From positions 672,001-736,000 of the forward strand of contig CAVZQC010000004.1 of NCBI GenBank assembly GCA_963777315.1: a stretch of 64,000 bases of DNA, in the 5' to 3' direction. Positions 29,614 to 40,372 of the stretch are shown in pieces; positions within the stretch are counted from its first letter, which is position 1; each line of letters starts with the position of its first letter. This stretch comes from Vulcanimicrobiota bacterium (GTDB lineage Bacteria > Vulcanimicrobiota > Vulcanimicrobiia > Vulcanimicrobiales > Vulcanimicrobiaceae). The position numbers and the translations under genes were made by a program. The notes under the pieces were generated by a model. It ran no database searches. It had not been told where the DNA came from and saw nothing but the letters and a program-made list of their open reading frames with translations.

Positions 29614-30498
29614 TCATCGCGAGCCTGTCGCCCGCACGTAAAGGTACCGCTCCAGCCCGGCGTAGTCGCGGCGGACTTCGACGTCCGCGCCGGGCAGAGC
29701 GCTGCGCGTCATGGCGCTTAGAGTCTGCATCGTCGGGGGAGCGGCTTCCATGAGCAGCAGCGCCCCGGGCCGCAGCATCGTCGAAACGTCCGTGAGCAGG
29801 CTGCGGTACTGCGCGAGCCCGTCCGGACCGCCGTCGAGCGCCGCGACCGGTTCGAATCCCACGGGATCGGGCCGCTGCGGGATCTCACTTGTCGGAATGT
29901 ACGGCAGGTTCGCAACGATTAGATCGTACGCGCTTTGCTCGTGCGGCTTGACGACGTTGCCCAGATGGAAATCGCAGCGCGCGTCGACGCTCAGCCGGCG
30001 AGCGTTGTCCCGCGCCGTTCTTACGGCTCGCGCGCTGATGTCGGTACCTTCGACCGCGGCTTGCGCAACTTCGGCCGCAATCGTGCACGCGACCGCGCCG
30101 CTTCCGATTCCGGCTTCAAACACGCGCAGGGTTGGAGACGGACCGCGCCGAGTATTCTGCGCGTTCAAAAAAGCGATGGCGTCTTCCACCAGATGTTCGG
30201 TTTCCGCGCGCGGGACCAGGACGTGTTCGTTGACCGCAAACTCGCGCCCGTAAAATCCCGCACGTCCCGTGATATAGGCGATCGGCATTCCGGCAGCACG
30301 TCGTTCGCACAGCGTGAAGTACCGGCGCGCTTCGTCTCGCGTAAGACACGTTCGATCGTCAGCCAGCAGCCACTCGCGAGATCGCCCCAGCGCCTCGCCC
30401 AGCAATATGCGCGCGTCGGCATCCGGAGTTGGGCTGCGGTCTTTGAGCGCGCGCATTCCCAGCGCCAGCGTTGCGGCAACCGTAGCGTCGCCCTGCAC
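29614..30498 (-). CDS. prmC: Release-factor glutamine methyltransferase
   Basis: PIAYITG...FYG, VLVPR.ETE, ANLPYI, ALDGG.DGL; directly after prfA. Confidence 0.93.
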   Translation of the reverse strand: MQGDATVAATLALGMRALKDRSPTPDADARILLGEALGRSREWLLADDRTCLTRDEARRYFTLCERRAAGMPIAYITGRAGFYGREFAVNEHVLVPRAETEHLVEDAIAFLNAQNTRRGPSPTLRVFEAGIGSGAVACTIAAEVAQAAVEGTDISARAVRTARDNARRLSVDARCDFHLGNVVKPHEQSAYDLIVANLPYIPTSEIPQRPDPVGFEPVAALDGGPDGLAQYRSLLTDVSTMLRPGALLLMEAAPPTMQTLSAMTRSALPGADVEVRRDYAGLERYLYVRATGSR

Positions 30499-30505
30499 GA
30501 CGGGA

Positions 30506-31621
30506 TTATGCAGCCGAGTCGTCCCCGGCCAAGAGGCGCGCGCGCTCGTCTTTGAGGAGCTCCTCGACGATGTGCCCCAAGTCGCCGTCCATAACGGCGC
30601 GTATGTTGCCGAAACTCTGATTGATGCGGTGGTCGGTGATGCGGTCCTGCGGATAGTTGTACGTGCGAATCTTTTCCGAGCGGTCTCCAGTCCCGACCTG
30701 ACTGCGCCGCATGCTTCCCACGGCCTCCTGAGCTTCGCGGCGTTTGCGATCGTACAGCATGGCGCGCAGCATCTCCATGGCCTTGGCGCGGTTTTGGATT
30801 TGCGAGCGCTCCTGCTGGGAGGCCACGACGATGCCGGTCGGAACGTGCGTGATGCGAATCGCGGACTCGGTCTTGTTCACGTACTGGCCGCCGGCGCCGC
30901 TCGATTTGTAGGTGTCGATCTGCAGATCGCTCGGATTGACTTCGACGTCGATATCCTCGTCGACTTGCGGCAGCACTGCGACCGTCGCGGTGCTGGTATG
31001 CACGCGTCCTTGCGATTCCGTCAGCGGCACGCGCTGCACGCGATGCACGCCGGACTCGTGTTTGAATTGACGGAACGGCGCGCTTGCGGTCCTCCCGCCC
31101 GTCGACCAACCTTTCACCGCAAAAACGATCTCCTTGTAGCCGCCCGCATCGCTTTCGCTTTGCGACACCAGCTCCACTCGCATGCGCTGCGACTCGGCGT
31201 ACCGCATGTACATTCGCGCCAGGTCGCCGGCAAAAATCGCTGCTTCATCGCCGCCGGCCCCGCCCCGAATCTCGATGAATACGTCCTTCTCGTCGTCGGG
31301 GTCCTTGGGAATCATCAGCAGCTGCAGATGCTGTTCGAGAGCCTGACGCTGCTCGCGCAGGACCTTGGCTTCTTCTTGCGCCAGCTCGTGCATTTCCGGA
31401 TCGCTGCGATCCGCCAGCAGCGCTTCGTTGGCAGCGATCTGCGCGAGTAGCGTTTTGTAGCGGCGGTACGCTGCGACCGTTTCTTCGATCGCCGCGCGCT
31501 CTTTGAGCAGCGCGGTATACCGTGCTTGGTCGAACCCGCCTGCGGGATGCGCCAAATCCGCGTCGATTTCGTCGAAGCGGTTGGCGATGGTTTCAAGGCG
31601 GCCGTAAAATGCTGCGCTCAT
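30506..31621 (-). CDS. prfA: Peptide chain release factor 1
   Basis: [12 protein letters not shown] (PxT motif), [16 protein letters not shown]. Confidence 0.97.
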   Translation of the reverse strand: MSAAFYGRLETIANRFDEIDADLAHPAGGFDQARYTALLKERAAIEETVAAYRRYKTLLAQIAANEALLADRSDPEMHELAQEEAKVLREQRQALEQHLQLLMIPKDPDDEKDVFIEIRGGAGGDEAAIFAGDLARMYMRYAESQRMRVELVSQSESDAGGYKEIVFAVKGWSTGGRTASAPFRQFKHESGVHRVQRVPLTESQGRVHTSTATVAVLPQVDEDIDVEVNPSDLQIDTYKSSGAGGQYVNKTESAIRITHVPTGIVVASQQERSQIQNRAKAMEMLRAMLYDRKRREAQEAVGSMRRSQVGTGDRSEKIRTYNYPQDRITDHRINQSFGNIRAVMDGDLGHIVEELLKDERARLLAGDDSAA

Positions 31622-31627
31622 CGATAC

Positions 31628-31659
31628 ATACAAAAGCGAGCCCCGGCGGAGCTCGCTTT
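31628..31659 (-). terminator. Intrinsic terminator between rpmE and prfA
   Basis: AAAGCGAGCTCC-GCC-GGGGCTCGCTTT followed by TGTAT. Confidence 0.75.
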
Positions 31660-31675
31660 ACGAAAACCTGCGAAG

Positions 31676-31942
31676 TTACGCTTCGGCTTTGGCGGCGTCG
31701 CGTTTGGCTTTGCGGACGGCGGCTTCTTGCTGTTTCTTTTTGGCGATCTCTTCGCGCTGGCGGAACTTATCGACTCGTCCGGCGGTATCGACGAACTTCT
31801 GCTGGCCCGTGAACAACGGGTGGCATGCCGAACAGATCTCGACGGCGATTTCCGGCATCGTCGAACCGGTCGTAAAGGTGCTCCCGCAGGCGCAATGCAC
31901 TTTGGCCTGGGGGTACCACTTGGGATGGATCTTCTCTTTCAC
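31676..31942 (-). CDS. rpmE: 50S ribosomal protein L31 (zinc-binding type)
   Basis: [29 protein letters not shown]. Confidence 0.97.
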   Translation of the reverse strand: MKEKIHPKWYPQAKVHCACGSTFTTGSTMPEIAVEICSACHPLFTGQQKFVDTAGRVDKFRQREEIAKKKQQEAAVRKAKRDAAKAEA

Positions 31943-31951
31943 AGCCCCATC

Positions 31952-31960
31952 ATTATAACA
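31952..31960 (-). promoter_or_regulatory. Extended -10 promoter of rpmE
   Basis: TG-T-TATAAT 9 nt before the GTG, implying a very short leader. Confidence 0.7.
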
Positions 31961-31979
31961 ACGGCGGCAAGGGGGACCC

Positions 31980-34031
31980 CTACGGCACCTGCTTGCCCGC
32001 TATAATCGCGTTGATGAGGTGCCCGACGAACGGCACGCCTACGCCCGTTACGAGATCGTAGCCCTTGCCCGCGCTGTATCCGGTATAGAAGTTCGGCGTC
32101 GCCGCGGGCGCCGGATAATACGATTGATCGCCGTTGTTGCCTGCCACCACGTCGTAAAACGTGGTAGCGTATGCGGCGGACCCTTCAATCTGATATATCA
32201 GCCCTTTCGGATCCCCCAGCCGCCATGGATGCGCGCCGGTCGCCGTAGCGCACGAAGCAGTCGCTTTACACGCCTGAAGAACCACGGCCCATACCGCCGC
32301 CATCTCAGGCGCGGAAACGCTGGTTCCACCGACGGACCCTCCAAATGGACCCGCGCCGGGAAAATTCGCATACTGCACGATGAACGGGCCGGTCAAGGGA
32401 TCGCCGTTCATCGAAACGTCGGGTACGGCACGCGCCGAACTGGTGCCCACGCCGAAGATGCTCAAATTCGTCTGGCCCGCCGACGCTGCGGAGAAATACT
32501 TCGAAAGACCTCCGCCGGTGCCGGGGGAGTTGTCGCCAAACCCGTCGCCTCCCAACGTGACGTTGTCGGCCCAAGCGGTGATCTGTGCGGACGCCGGAAG
32601 ATTGCCCATGCTGTCCATCGGATAATTCACCGCCCCGACCGCAACCACCGACGGATCGCTGGCGGGATAAGCGACGCAGAAGTCCGTGGTTGGACTGCCC
32701 GTGCCGGAATTGATACACGCGTGCGCTCCATTGTCGCCCGACGAAACGAAGACCGCGATCCCTTCGGCTTTCAGAGCCGCCAATTCCGCCGGACCCGGGC
32801 CATTGCCCGATGCATCGAAATATCCCGAAGCTTCCGCGCTCGGCTCGTCCTGACCGAAGCTTATCGAGATCGCATCGGCGTTGTTGTCGGCTATTGCCTG
32901 CTGGATCTCGTCATCCGTAAGAAAAATGCCTAAGACGCCCAGTCCGCCGGACGGACAACCGTACGGATTGTTCTGCAGACCGCAGTCGGCTTTGTTGTAG
33001 CCCAAATACGCCAGCACGCTCGACCCCGGAGCGAGCTCGGCGATTTGCTCGGTATCGAGCTGCGCTTCGCCGTCCTCGACGTTGCATTTGGCCGTAACGT
33101 AACCGGGCACGCACGAGGAGTCCGGCGCGGTCACCGCCGGGGGGGTCGCCAATCCGGCGGGATCGCCGTCGAACGGTGCGGTGCCGGTTTGATTGTTTTG
33201 CGGGCTCGGCGTGTGCGCGACGACGGGCACGACCGTAACCGTCGCAACCGACGTTTTGTACAGTGAACCGATGAACGGCGCGTCGCCCTTCCAGATTGGA
33301 CCGGTCGCAATGACGCCGACGTTGATTCCGGCGCCGTTGAATCCGGCATTGGCAGCTCCGGTGAAATCGAAGGCTCTGCGCAACTGCTGCGGCGACATGC
33401 CCAAAACTTGGCCGTTGCTGGCCCGAATGAGATACGTACGGCGCAAGTTGACGTGAACCAAATCGGCTACCGCGCTGACCGGTACGACCCGGCTGAAATG
33501 CGGCTGCGACGACGGCGCGAGGAACGTGCGTCCATACGCTCGATATACGGCGAACTTCGTGCCGAACGCGGTCTCCAGATCGCTCAGCTTGCCGCTGACC
33601 ACCATGGAAAGGCGTTGAGGCCACGACGCTGCGCTCAGATGGTACTGTTCGAAATACGATGCGGCCGACCGGTAGTCGCTTTGCGATGCGCCGAACTGGT
33701 CGGCGATCTGCTGCGGGGTCAAAAAGTGACGGTACAGCGCCGAACCCGGCGTGCTGGCCTGGCGCGCGTAGCCCAGCAGTCCGGGAAGATTGCGCATGCG
33801 CAGCTGCACGTCGACCGCCATACTGCCGCCGTGCGCCTCACCCACGTACTGCGCGGTGCGCATCACGCCCGCGCCCCAAGCAAAATTCGCCAGTTGCTGC
33901 GGACCGGTGTACGGCGTGAGCTGCGATTTTGGAACGCCGGCGCTGGGATTGACCGAACCTGCGCCGCCGCACGCGGCAAGCGCAGCGGCTGCGATCGCGC
34001 CCGCGCATACGACTTTCAACTGCAGGTTCAT
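31980..34031 (-). CDS. S53 (sedolisin/kumamolisin) peptidase lipoprotein
   Basis: Lipobox LAAC; prodomain (FLTP.Q..FG); [39 protein letters not shown]. Confidence 0.92.
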   Translation of the reverse strand: MNLQLKVVCAGAIAAAALAACGGAGSVNPSAGVPKSQLTPYTGPQQLANFAWGAGVMRTAQYVGEAHGGSMAVDVQLRMRNLPGLLGYARQASTPGSALYRHFLTPQQIADQFGASQSDYRSAASYFEQYHLSAASWPQRLSMVVSGKLSDLETAFGTKFAVYRAYGRTFLAPSSQPHFSRVVPVSAVADLVHVNLRRTYLIRASNGQVLGMSPQQLRRAFDFTGAANAGFNGAGINVGVIATGPIWKGDAPFIGSLYKTSVATVTVVPVVAHTPSPQNNQTGTAPFDGDPAGLATPPAVTAPDSSCVPGYVTAKCNVEDGEAQLDTEQIAELAPGSSVLAYLGYNKADCGLQNNPYGCPSGGLGVLGIFLTDDEIQQAIADNNADAISISFGQDEPSAEASGYFDASGNGPGPAELAALKAEGIAVFVSSGDNGAHACINSGTGSPTTDFCVAYPASDPSVVAVGAVNYPMDSMGNLPASAQITAWADNVTLGGDGFGDNSPGTGGGLSKYFSAASAGQTNLSIFGVGTSSARAVPDVSMNGDPLTGPFIVQYANFPGAGPFGGSVGGTSVSAPEMAAVWAVVLQACKATASCATATGAHPWRLGDPKGLIYQIEGSAAYATTFYDVVAGNNGDQSYYPAPAATPNFYTGYSAGKGYDLVTGVGVPFVGHLINAIIAGKQVP

Positions 34032-35398
34032 GAGCGGTCACCCCGATGGCCCAAAGAGCGAAGGAATTTCAACGCATGCAGTTCGCGGGCATGGCGATCC
34101 AGCGCCGTGCGGCGTGCGAATTGCGCTTGCGCCGCGGCGATGTACCCCGCGGAAAGCGTGCGGCTCTGCACCGTGGAACTGCTCGTGCGTCGCCCATTTG
34201 CGGACGCTGCGGACGGATGTCCCCCCGTCAGCGTAAGCGTTTCCGAAACCGTCGCGGTCGAGAGGGGCGTGCCGGGAAAATGCAGATGGAAGCTGTTCGC
34301 CGCCGCGAAGTCGTCCTGGTAGTCGTAATACGAATTTTGCACGTCTTGAAGGATCAGGCACACCACGCCGGCGTTTGCGCCGGTGTACGTCGTTTGCGTC
34401 TGCACGTCGGTGTATCCCAGAATCGTGTCGACGCGGGACGTCGTCTGCACGAGCTCGTTGCCTGAGGTTCCCTCGGCACTGGGAACGCTGCACGATGCGG
34501 GGTATGCGACGTTCGCCGTCACGCTGGTAGACGACTTATAGAGCGCCAGCGGCGTGGGCCACCACACCGGAGCGGTGTACACGCGCGGAGTGCTCGTCGG
34601 TACTGGCACGGGGCTCGGATGGCCCGAGGGAGCCGGCGTGGGAGTGGGCGGGTTCACGAACGTCACGGTGATGTTCACTTGATTGTTGGCCGGAGCGCTA
34701 AAGGCGAACCCTTCGACCGCGCCGTTGAGGAACGCCCCGTTGGACGTGTACGAACCGCTGCCGTCGGCGTTCTGCGAAAGCTGCAGCTGCGCAAGACTGC
34801 TGGTCGTGGTTTCGGTATACGTTCCGTTCGCGTTGTAGGTGCGAACGCTGCTCGTGCCGTCGGCGTCGTTTTCCTTATAAGTAACGGCTCCGCCATTCTG
34901 CCACGTCGCACCGCCGGTTTCGGGAAGTTCGTCCAAAATGAACGGCGTCGGGTACTGCGCCGAAAGCGCGTTGCCGCTGTCGTCGGCATTTTTGTATCCG
35001 TATTCAACGACGTGACCGGATGCGTCGGTTCCAATCCACGCATCGGTGGTGAGCGTATGCGTGGTCAATGCGGCGGCATCGGTTTCGACGGTGTGAAAAT
35101 CCCCCGCGCTCGGGGCGCCGAAAGGATTCGCCGAACTCGTAACGTTGACGGCTTGCGTCACGCTCGTTGTTACGTTGGTCGACGGATACGGCGAGGGCGA
35201 AGGATATTGGAACGATGCTTGGCTCGTCTGCGAACCGGTATAGGCAAACGTCGCTCCGTTTTGGTACGGCGTTGGAGTGGGCTTGGGGGTGCTCGACGGC
35301 GGCGGGTTGGGCGGTCCGACGCCGCCTCCTCCCCCTCCGCATGCGGCCAAAGCGGCGCACGCGATCGCTGCGGCGACTGCAACAGCTCGAATTTTCAC
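34028..35398 (-). CDS. Hypothetical Thr/Pro-rich lipoprotein
   Basis: GGAGG RBS, GTG 35398, lipobox LAAC-GGGGGG; stop overlaps the S53 start. Confidence 0.8.
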   Translation of the reverse strand: MKIRAVAVAAAIACAALAACGGGGGGVGPPNPPPSSTPKPTPTPYQNGATFAYTGSQTSQASFQYPSPSPYPSTNVTTSVTQAVNVTSSANPFGAPSAGDFHTVETDAAALTTHTLTTDAWIGTDASGHVVEYGYKNADDSGNALSAQYPTPFILDELPETGGATWQNGGAVTYKENDADGTSSVRTYNANGTYTETTTSSLAQLQLSQNADGSGSYTSNGAFLNGAVEGFAFSAPANNQVNITVTFVNPPTPTPAPSGHPSPVPVPTSTPRVYTAPVWWPTPLALYKSSTSVTANVAYPASCSVPSAEGTSGNELVQTTSRVDTILGYTDVQTQTTYTGANAGVVCLILQDVQNSYYDYQDDFAAANSFHLHFPGTPLSTATVSETLTLTGGHPSAASANGRRTSSSTVQSRTLSAGYIAAAQAQFARRTALDRHARELHALKFLRSLGHRGDRS

Positions 35399-35622
35399 GA
35401 GCCCTCCGAGTACAGCAAAGTGTAGGTTCGCGCCAAACTCGAACAGCAAAAGACGCCGCCGCTAGCAGCAGTCGACATGCGAAACGCGTTTGCCACTCCC
35501 GATGAACGAACGTTCTACGGCGCCGGGCTTCCATCTTCGTGCTGCCCAGCCAGTCTTTGGACCTAACGTGCAAGGCCACGCCCGCGCAGGAACCAACGCG
35601 TTGGCGGGTACGTTGAGCGCAC

Positions 35623-36174
35623 ATGAAGCTCTTCGGCGCACTGCTCGTTTTGGCCGCGCTTTCTGCCGCCGGAATCGCGTTGGCCGCCGCCGCTCGCGAC
35701 GGCGCTGTCATCCGCAATACGGGCTCGACGAACTTCTCGGGTTACACGATCAAGCTGTGGTCCGATGGTTCGGCCGCCGTCGTGCGCTCCAACCGCGCCG
35801 GCGACGCCATGGCGCCCCCTCGCGCCGGAAGCGTTCCCATGGACACCGTTAGAAAGTTTTTCGGCGATCTGAAAGCCGCTAAAGACAGCGGCAAAGTAAT
35901 CGGACGTACCTGCATGAAAAGCGCTTCCTTCGGTTCGGCGACTGTCGTGCAGTATCACGGCTGGACGTCGCCCGATCTCGAATGTCCCGGGGACGGCTTC
36001 GTTGTGGCGCTCGCGGCGGAAGCGCACGAGATCGCCGCCGCACTCCAAGTGCGCCGCGTGCCGATGCATCCGGTTATCCGCCGGGCGCTCATGCCCAACG
36101 AGCCCCGCCGCGTTCCGCAGGGACCGCCGGTTCAAGCAAGCCCTTCGCCGGAATCCACGCCGCGTACGCCGTAA
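35623..36174 (+). CDS. Hypothetical secreted protein
   Basis: Signal peptide, two Cys (CMKSASFG...PDLECP), Pro-rich tail. Confidence 0.75.
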   Translation: MKLFGALLVLAALSAAGIALAAAARDGAVIRNTGSTNFSGYTIKLWSDGSAAVVRSNRAGDAMAPPRAGSVPMDTVRKFFGDLKAAKDSGKVIGRTCMKSASFGSATVVQYHGWTSPDLECPGDGFVVALAAEAHEIAAALQVRRVPMHPVIRRALMPNEPRRVPQGPPVQASPSPESTPRTP

Positions 36175-36203
36175 AGGGTGGCTGTCCAAAGGAGTATCGC
36201 CCC

Positions 36204-36761
36204 GTGAAGCGCCTCTCGCTCGCCTTTATCGCTGCGGCATGCATCGCCGTTCCGGCGAATGCCCAAACCACCCCGCTGCCCACGCCGCCTCCCGCGCCGC
36301 CGTTACCGAACGCAACCGTCACTCCCGTTGTCCCGATCGCGCGGCCGTCGGCTGCTGCGCACGCAAAAGCAACGCCCGCGCCGCCCAAGGACGTCGATGA
36401 AAATCGCGCCGGCATTTCAGGCGTATGGGAAGTTGCGATTCAGAACGACCACGGCGTGGTGTATACGCATTTCAAACTGAGCCAGCGCGGAAGCACGCTC
36501 ACCGGCCAATACTTGGACGCCGACGGCAAACGGTTTCCTCTCGCCGGCAGCGTCGACGGCAAGAACGTTCGCGTCGTGGTTTCCCTTCCCAACGGCGGAG
36601 CGCTGATCTTCAACGGGTCGCAAGACGGCGGGACCGACATGGTCGGCACGCTCGACACGGCCAAGGATTTGGTCGGATTCACCGCCGCGTACCGCCCGAA
36701 ATACAAATGGATCGACAATCTCACGCCGGGCACCGGCGGGATGACGCCCGGGATTCCCTAG
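36204..36761 (+). CDS. Hypothetical secreted beta-barrel-like protein
   Basis: AAGGAG RBS, GTG 36204, signal ending ANA-Q, Pro linker, ISGVW...L.Q.G..LTG. Confidence 0.75.
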   Translation: MKRLSLAFIAAACIAVPANAQTTPLPTPPPAPPLPNATVTPVVPIARPSAAAHAKATPAPPKDVDENRAGISGVWEVAIQNDHGVVYTHFKLSQRGSTLTGQYLDADGKRFPLAGSVDGKNVRVVVSLPNGGALIFNGSQDGGTDMVGTLDTAKDLVGFTAAYRPKYKWIDNLTPGTGGMTPGIP

Positions 36762-36763
36762 AA

Positions 36764-37270
36764 CTAGCGGCGCTCGGCCAGCCGCCGTTCGACGTACGGC
36801 TGCAGCCCGCCGGCTTCGATGAGCGATTGCATGAACGGCGGGAACGCCGCCGCTCGGTACGCCGCGTTTTTCGTAACGTTTCGAATGACGCCGGTTGCGG
36901 GCTCGACTTCGATCTCGTCGCCGCTTTCGATGCCGTCAACCGCGTCGGGTGATTCGAAGATCGGTAGGCCGATATTGAGCGCGTTGCGGTAGAAAATGCG
37001 GGCGAAACTCTTGGCAATGACCGCTGCCGTGCCCGAACCTTTGATCGCAATCGGTGCGACTTCGCGGCTGGAGCCGCAGCCGAAGTTGCGATCCGCGACG
37101 ATGATGTCGCCCGCGCGCATGTTCGCGGTATAGTCCGGATCGATTCCCTCGAGTGCGTGCTTGCCCAACTCGACGGGATCGATAATGTTGCAGTACTTGC
37201 CCGGGATGATGACGTCGGTATCGACGTTCTTTCCGTATTTGTGCGCGCGTCCGCGCAGCGATTTTTCCAT
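36764..37270 (-). CDS. leuD: 3-isopropylmalate dehydratase small subunit (type 2)
   Basis: [32 protein letters not shown]; own ATG overlapping the corrected leuC TGA. Confidence 0.9.
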   Translation of the reverse strand: MEKSLRGRAHKYGKNVDTDVIIPGKYCNIIDPVELGKHALEGIDPDYTANMRAGDIIVADRNFGCGSSREVAPIAIKGSGTAAVIAKSFARIFYRNALNIGLPIFESPDAVDGIESGDEIEVEPATGVIRNVTKNAAYRAAAFPPFMQSLIEAGGLQPYVERRLAERR

Positions 37271-38560
37271 CAGCGGGCCGCAGCCTCGCCGGCGATGACG
37301 CGCGGATCGGTGATGCGCCCCGTGAGCGCCGATGCCGCGCACGTCGCGGGCGAAGCTGAAATACACTTCGGCTTTGGGCGAACCCATGCGGCCGACGTAA
37401 TTGCGGTTGGTCGTCGATATGCACCGCTCGCCGTCGCCCAGCGTGCCCATATGGCCTCCGAAACAGGCTCCGCAGCCCGGCGTATTCACCGCGCATCCCG
37501 CTGCCGCAAGCGTGCCGAGGATGCCTTCCTGCGCTGCCTGCATCCACACTTTTTGCGACCCCGGGTTGACGATCACGCGCAGCGTCGGCGCGATTTTCTT
37601 TCCATCAAGGATCCGTGCGACCACCCGCAGGTCTTCGATGTAGCCGTTGGTGCACGAGCCGATGAAAACCTGATCCACCGGTATCGTTTCGTTGGTGACT
37701 TCGGAGATATCGTGCACGTTGTCGGGCGTGTGCGGGCAGGCGACTTGCGGCTCCAGACTTCCGGCGTCGATTTCCACCACGCGCTCGTACCGCGCATCCT
37801 CGTCGGCTTTTTCCACGAGGAAGTCCCGGTCGGTGCGCTCACGCACGTACGCCAGCGTCTTTGCGTCGGCGTGAAAGATGCCGTTTTTGGCGCCGGCCTC
37901 GATCGCCATGTTCGCCATCGTAATGCGGCCCGTGATCGACAGCTCGTCAACGGTGCTGCCGTGATATTCCATCGCGCGGTACGTTGCGCCGTCGATGCCC
38001 AGCACGGACACGGTCTTGAGCATTAAATCTTTGGCAACGACCATTTCGCCCAGCGTGCCGTCGTACACCAATTTGATCGTGGGCGGCACCTTGAGCCACA
38101 CTTCGCCCAATACGAAGGCGGCCGCAATGTCCGTCGATCCCATGCCGGTGGCAAAAGCGCCGAAGGCTCCGTACGTGCAGGTGTGCGAGTCGCCGCCGAC
38201 GATCAGCTCGCCCGGCGCGACCAGCCCTTCTTCGGGCAGCACGACGTGCTCGATGCCGCCGCGGCCGACGTCGAAAAAGTGCTTGATGTTTTGCTCGCGC
38301 GCAAAATCTTTCATCAATTTTGCGACTTTGGCGGACTGCGCGTCTTTGGCGGGCACGAAATGATCTTCGACCAGCGCGATCTTGTCGGTGTCGAAAACGC
38401 GATCGGCGCCCTTTATCCCGCGCATCACGCCGATTGCGACTGCCGCCGAAAGCTCGTTCGCGAGCACCAAATCGACCTTCGCATTGATGATTGCGCCGGG
38501 CTCGACCGAATCCAGCCCCGCGTGTCGCGCGAGGATCTTTTCGGTCAGCGTCATGCCCAT
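37270..38560 (-). CDS. leuC: 3-isopropylmalate dehydratase large subunit (type 2), +1 frameshift near 37358
   Basis: TLTEKI, DSHTCTYGA, FIGSCTNG, PGCGACFG, STTNRN..GRMG; deleting one base restores VYLASPATCAASALTGRITDPR...*. Confidence 0.9.
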
Positions 38561-38621
38561 AAACTCGTCTCCTACTTCCAACCTGGGGTATGCACCGTTT
38601 CGAGTCGAAGAACGCGCGACC

Positions 38622-39899
38622 ATGCCGGACCGCCGATTCGGACTTTCCACGCGCGCCATTCACGCCGGCACGCCGCCGGATCCCGTTACGGGCTCGCGCG
38701 CCATGCCCATCCATCAAACCGCGGCCTTCGTGTTCGGTTCCACCGAGCAGGCGGCCGAACTCTTTGCTCTACGCAGTTACGGACATATTTACAGCCGGAT
38801 CAGCAATCCCACCGTGGCGGCGTTCGAAGAACGCATGGCCAGTCTGGAAGAGGGCCTGGGTGCGATCGCGTTTTCCAGCGGTTTGGCCGCGCAGCTCGCC
38901 GTGGTGCTCACGTTAGCCCAAGCCGGCGATCATATCGTCAGCTCGCAAAGCGTATACGGCGGCACGGTAACGCAGTTCAGCGTGACGCTGCGCCGCATGG
39001 GCATCGACACGGCCTTTGCCGGCGCGCGCGACTACGATGCAATCCGCGCGGCCATTGCGCCCAATACGAAACTGCTGTTTGCCGAAACGATCGGCAACCC
39101 GTCGGGCGAAATCGCCGACGTGCGAGCGCTCGCGCAGATCGCGCACGAGGCCGGCATTCCGCTTATCGTCGACAACACGTTCGCCTCGCCTGCGCTCTAT
39201 AGGCCGATAACGCACGGAGCGGACGTCGTCGTCCATTCGGCGACCAAATTCATTTGCGGACACGGCACCGTCATCGGCGGCGTGGCCATCGAGTCGGGAA
39301 AATTCGACTGGGGCAGCGGCAAGTTTCCATTGCTCTCTGAGCCCAGTCCCGGATACCACGACAAAATCTTCGTTGAAACGTTCGGCGAGTACGCCTTTCT
39401 CATGCGCGCGCGCGCAGAAGTGCTGCGCGACGTCGGCTCCCAACTGTCGCCCATGGATGCGTGGCTCTTGCTGCTCGGACTTGAAACCTTGCCGCTGCGC
39501 ATGAAGGCGCACGTCGAGAACGCGCGCCGGGTCGCGCAATTTTTGCAGGATCGCGCGGAAGTGGAATGGGTCAAGGCGCCGCAGATGGGATCGATCTTCA
39601 CGTTCGGCATTCGGGGTGGGCGCGAGGCGGGGCGGCGCTTCATCGACGCGCTCGAGTTATGGAGCCATCTGGCCAACGTAGGCGATGCAAAGAGCCTGGT
39701 AATACACCCTGCATCGACGACGCATTCACAGCTCGGCGACGAAGAACTGCGCAAAGCCGGCGTCGCTCCCGAAGCGGTACGTTTGTCGGTCGGACTGGAA
39801 GACGTCGACGATTTGCTGTGGGATCTCGATAACGCGCTGCGTGCGGCTGCACGTCAGTCCGAGCCGCGAACGGTTGTGAGGCAGCGGCAAACGGTATGA
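38622..39899 (+). CDS. metY: O-acetylhomoserine aminocarboxypropyltransferase (MetY-like)
   Basis: TRAIHAG, IYSRISNPT, VDNTF, HSATKF..GHG, ANVGDAKSLVIHPASTTH.QL. Confidence 0.9.
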   Translation: MPDRRFGLSTRAIHAGTPPDPVTGSRAMPIHQTAAFVFGSTEQAAELFALRSYGHIYSRISNPTVAAFEERMASLEEGLGAIAFSSGLAAQLAVVLTLAQAGDHIVSSQSVYGGTVTQFSVTLRRMGIDTAFAGARDYDAIRAAIAPNTKLLFAETIGNPSGEIADVRALAQIAHEAGIPLIVDNTFASPALYRPITHGADVVVHSATKFICGHGTVIGGVAIESGKFDWGSGKFPLLSEPSPGYHDKIFVETFGEYAFLMRARAEVLRDVGSQLSPMDAWLLLLGLETLPLRMKAHVENARRVAQFLQDRAEVEWVKAPQMGSIFTFGIRGGREAGRRFIDALELWSHLANVGDAKSLVIHPASTTHSQLGDEELRKAGVAPEAVRLSVGLEDVDDLLWDLDNALRAAARQSEPRTVVRQRQTV

Positions 39900-40372
39900 T
39901 CCTCGACACGATCGCAGCGCGGCGCGATCTCCTGGCCGCGAGCAAGACCGTCGCTATGGTCGGCGCGTCGGCGAATCCGCTGCGTCCCAGCTACACCGTC
40001 TTCAGTTACCTGCGCACCCAAACGCCGCTTTCGGTAACGCCGATCAACCCCACCATCGATCAGATCGACGGTATCAAAGCATATCCGTCGCTCCACGCGT
40101 ATGCTGCCGAATGCGGCGCTCCGGACGTCGTCGACGTTTTTCGCAAACCCAGCGAGGTGCTCGCAGTCGCCCGAGAGGCGGTCGACGCCGGCGCCAAGGC
40201 GATCTGGTTTCAATACGGCGTGGTCAATCAAGAGGCGATCGAACTGGCCGACGGCGCGGGACTCGCCATCGTCGTCGACCGGTGCATCAAGGTCGAATGG
40301 GCGCGTCAGAGCGGCGGTCTTTCGACCGGCGGCCTCAACAGTGGAATCATTACGAGCCGCCGGCGCGCGTGA
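39896..40372 (+). CDS. CoA-binding protein (YccU-like)
   Basis: VAMVGAS.NP.RPS, VDVFR, IWFQ.G, VVDRCIKVE. Confidence 0.92.
   Translation: MILDTIAARRDLLAASKTVAMVGASANPLRPSYTVFSYLRTQTPLSVTPINPTIDQIDGIKAYPSLHAYAAECGAPDVVDVFRKPSEVLAVAREAVDAGAKAIWFQYGVVNQEAIELADGAGLAIVVDRCIKVEWARQSGGLSTGGLNSGIITSRRRA

Noticed and set aside
35460..35510. c-di-GMP-I riboswitch (GGCAAAC seen on the minus strand)
   Set aside because: No GNRA-capped P2 stem or GACGCAAAG segment.
36764..38659. Genuine fused LeuCD
   Set aside because: Explained by one extra base that destroys the conserved LeuC C-terminus.
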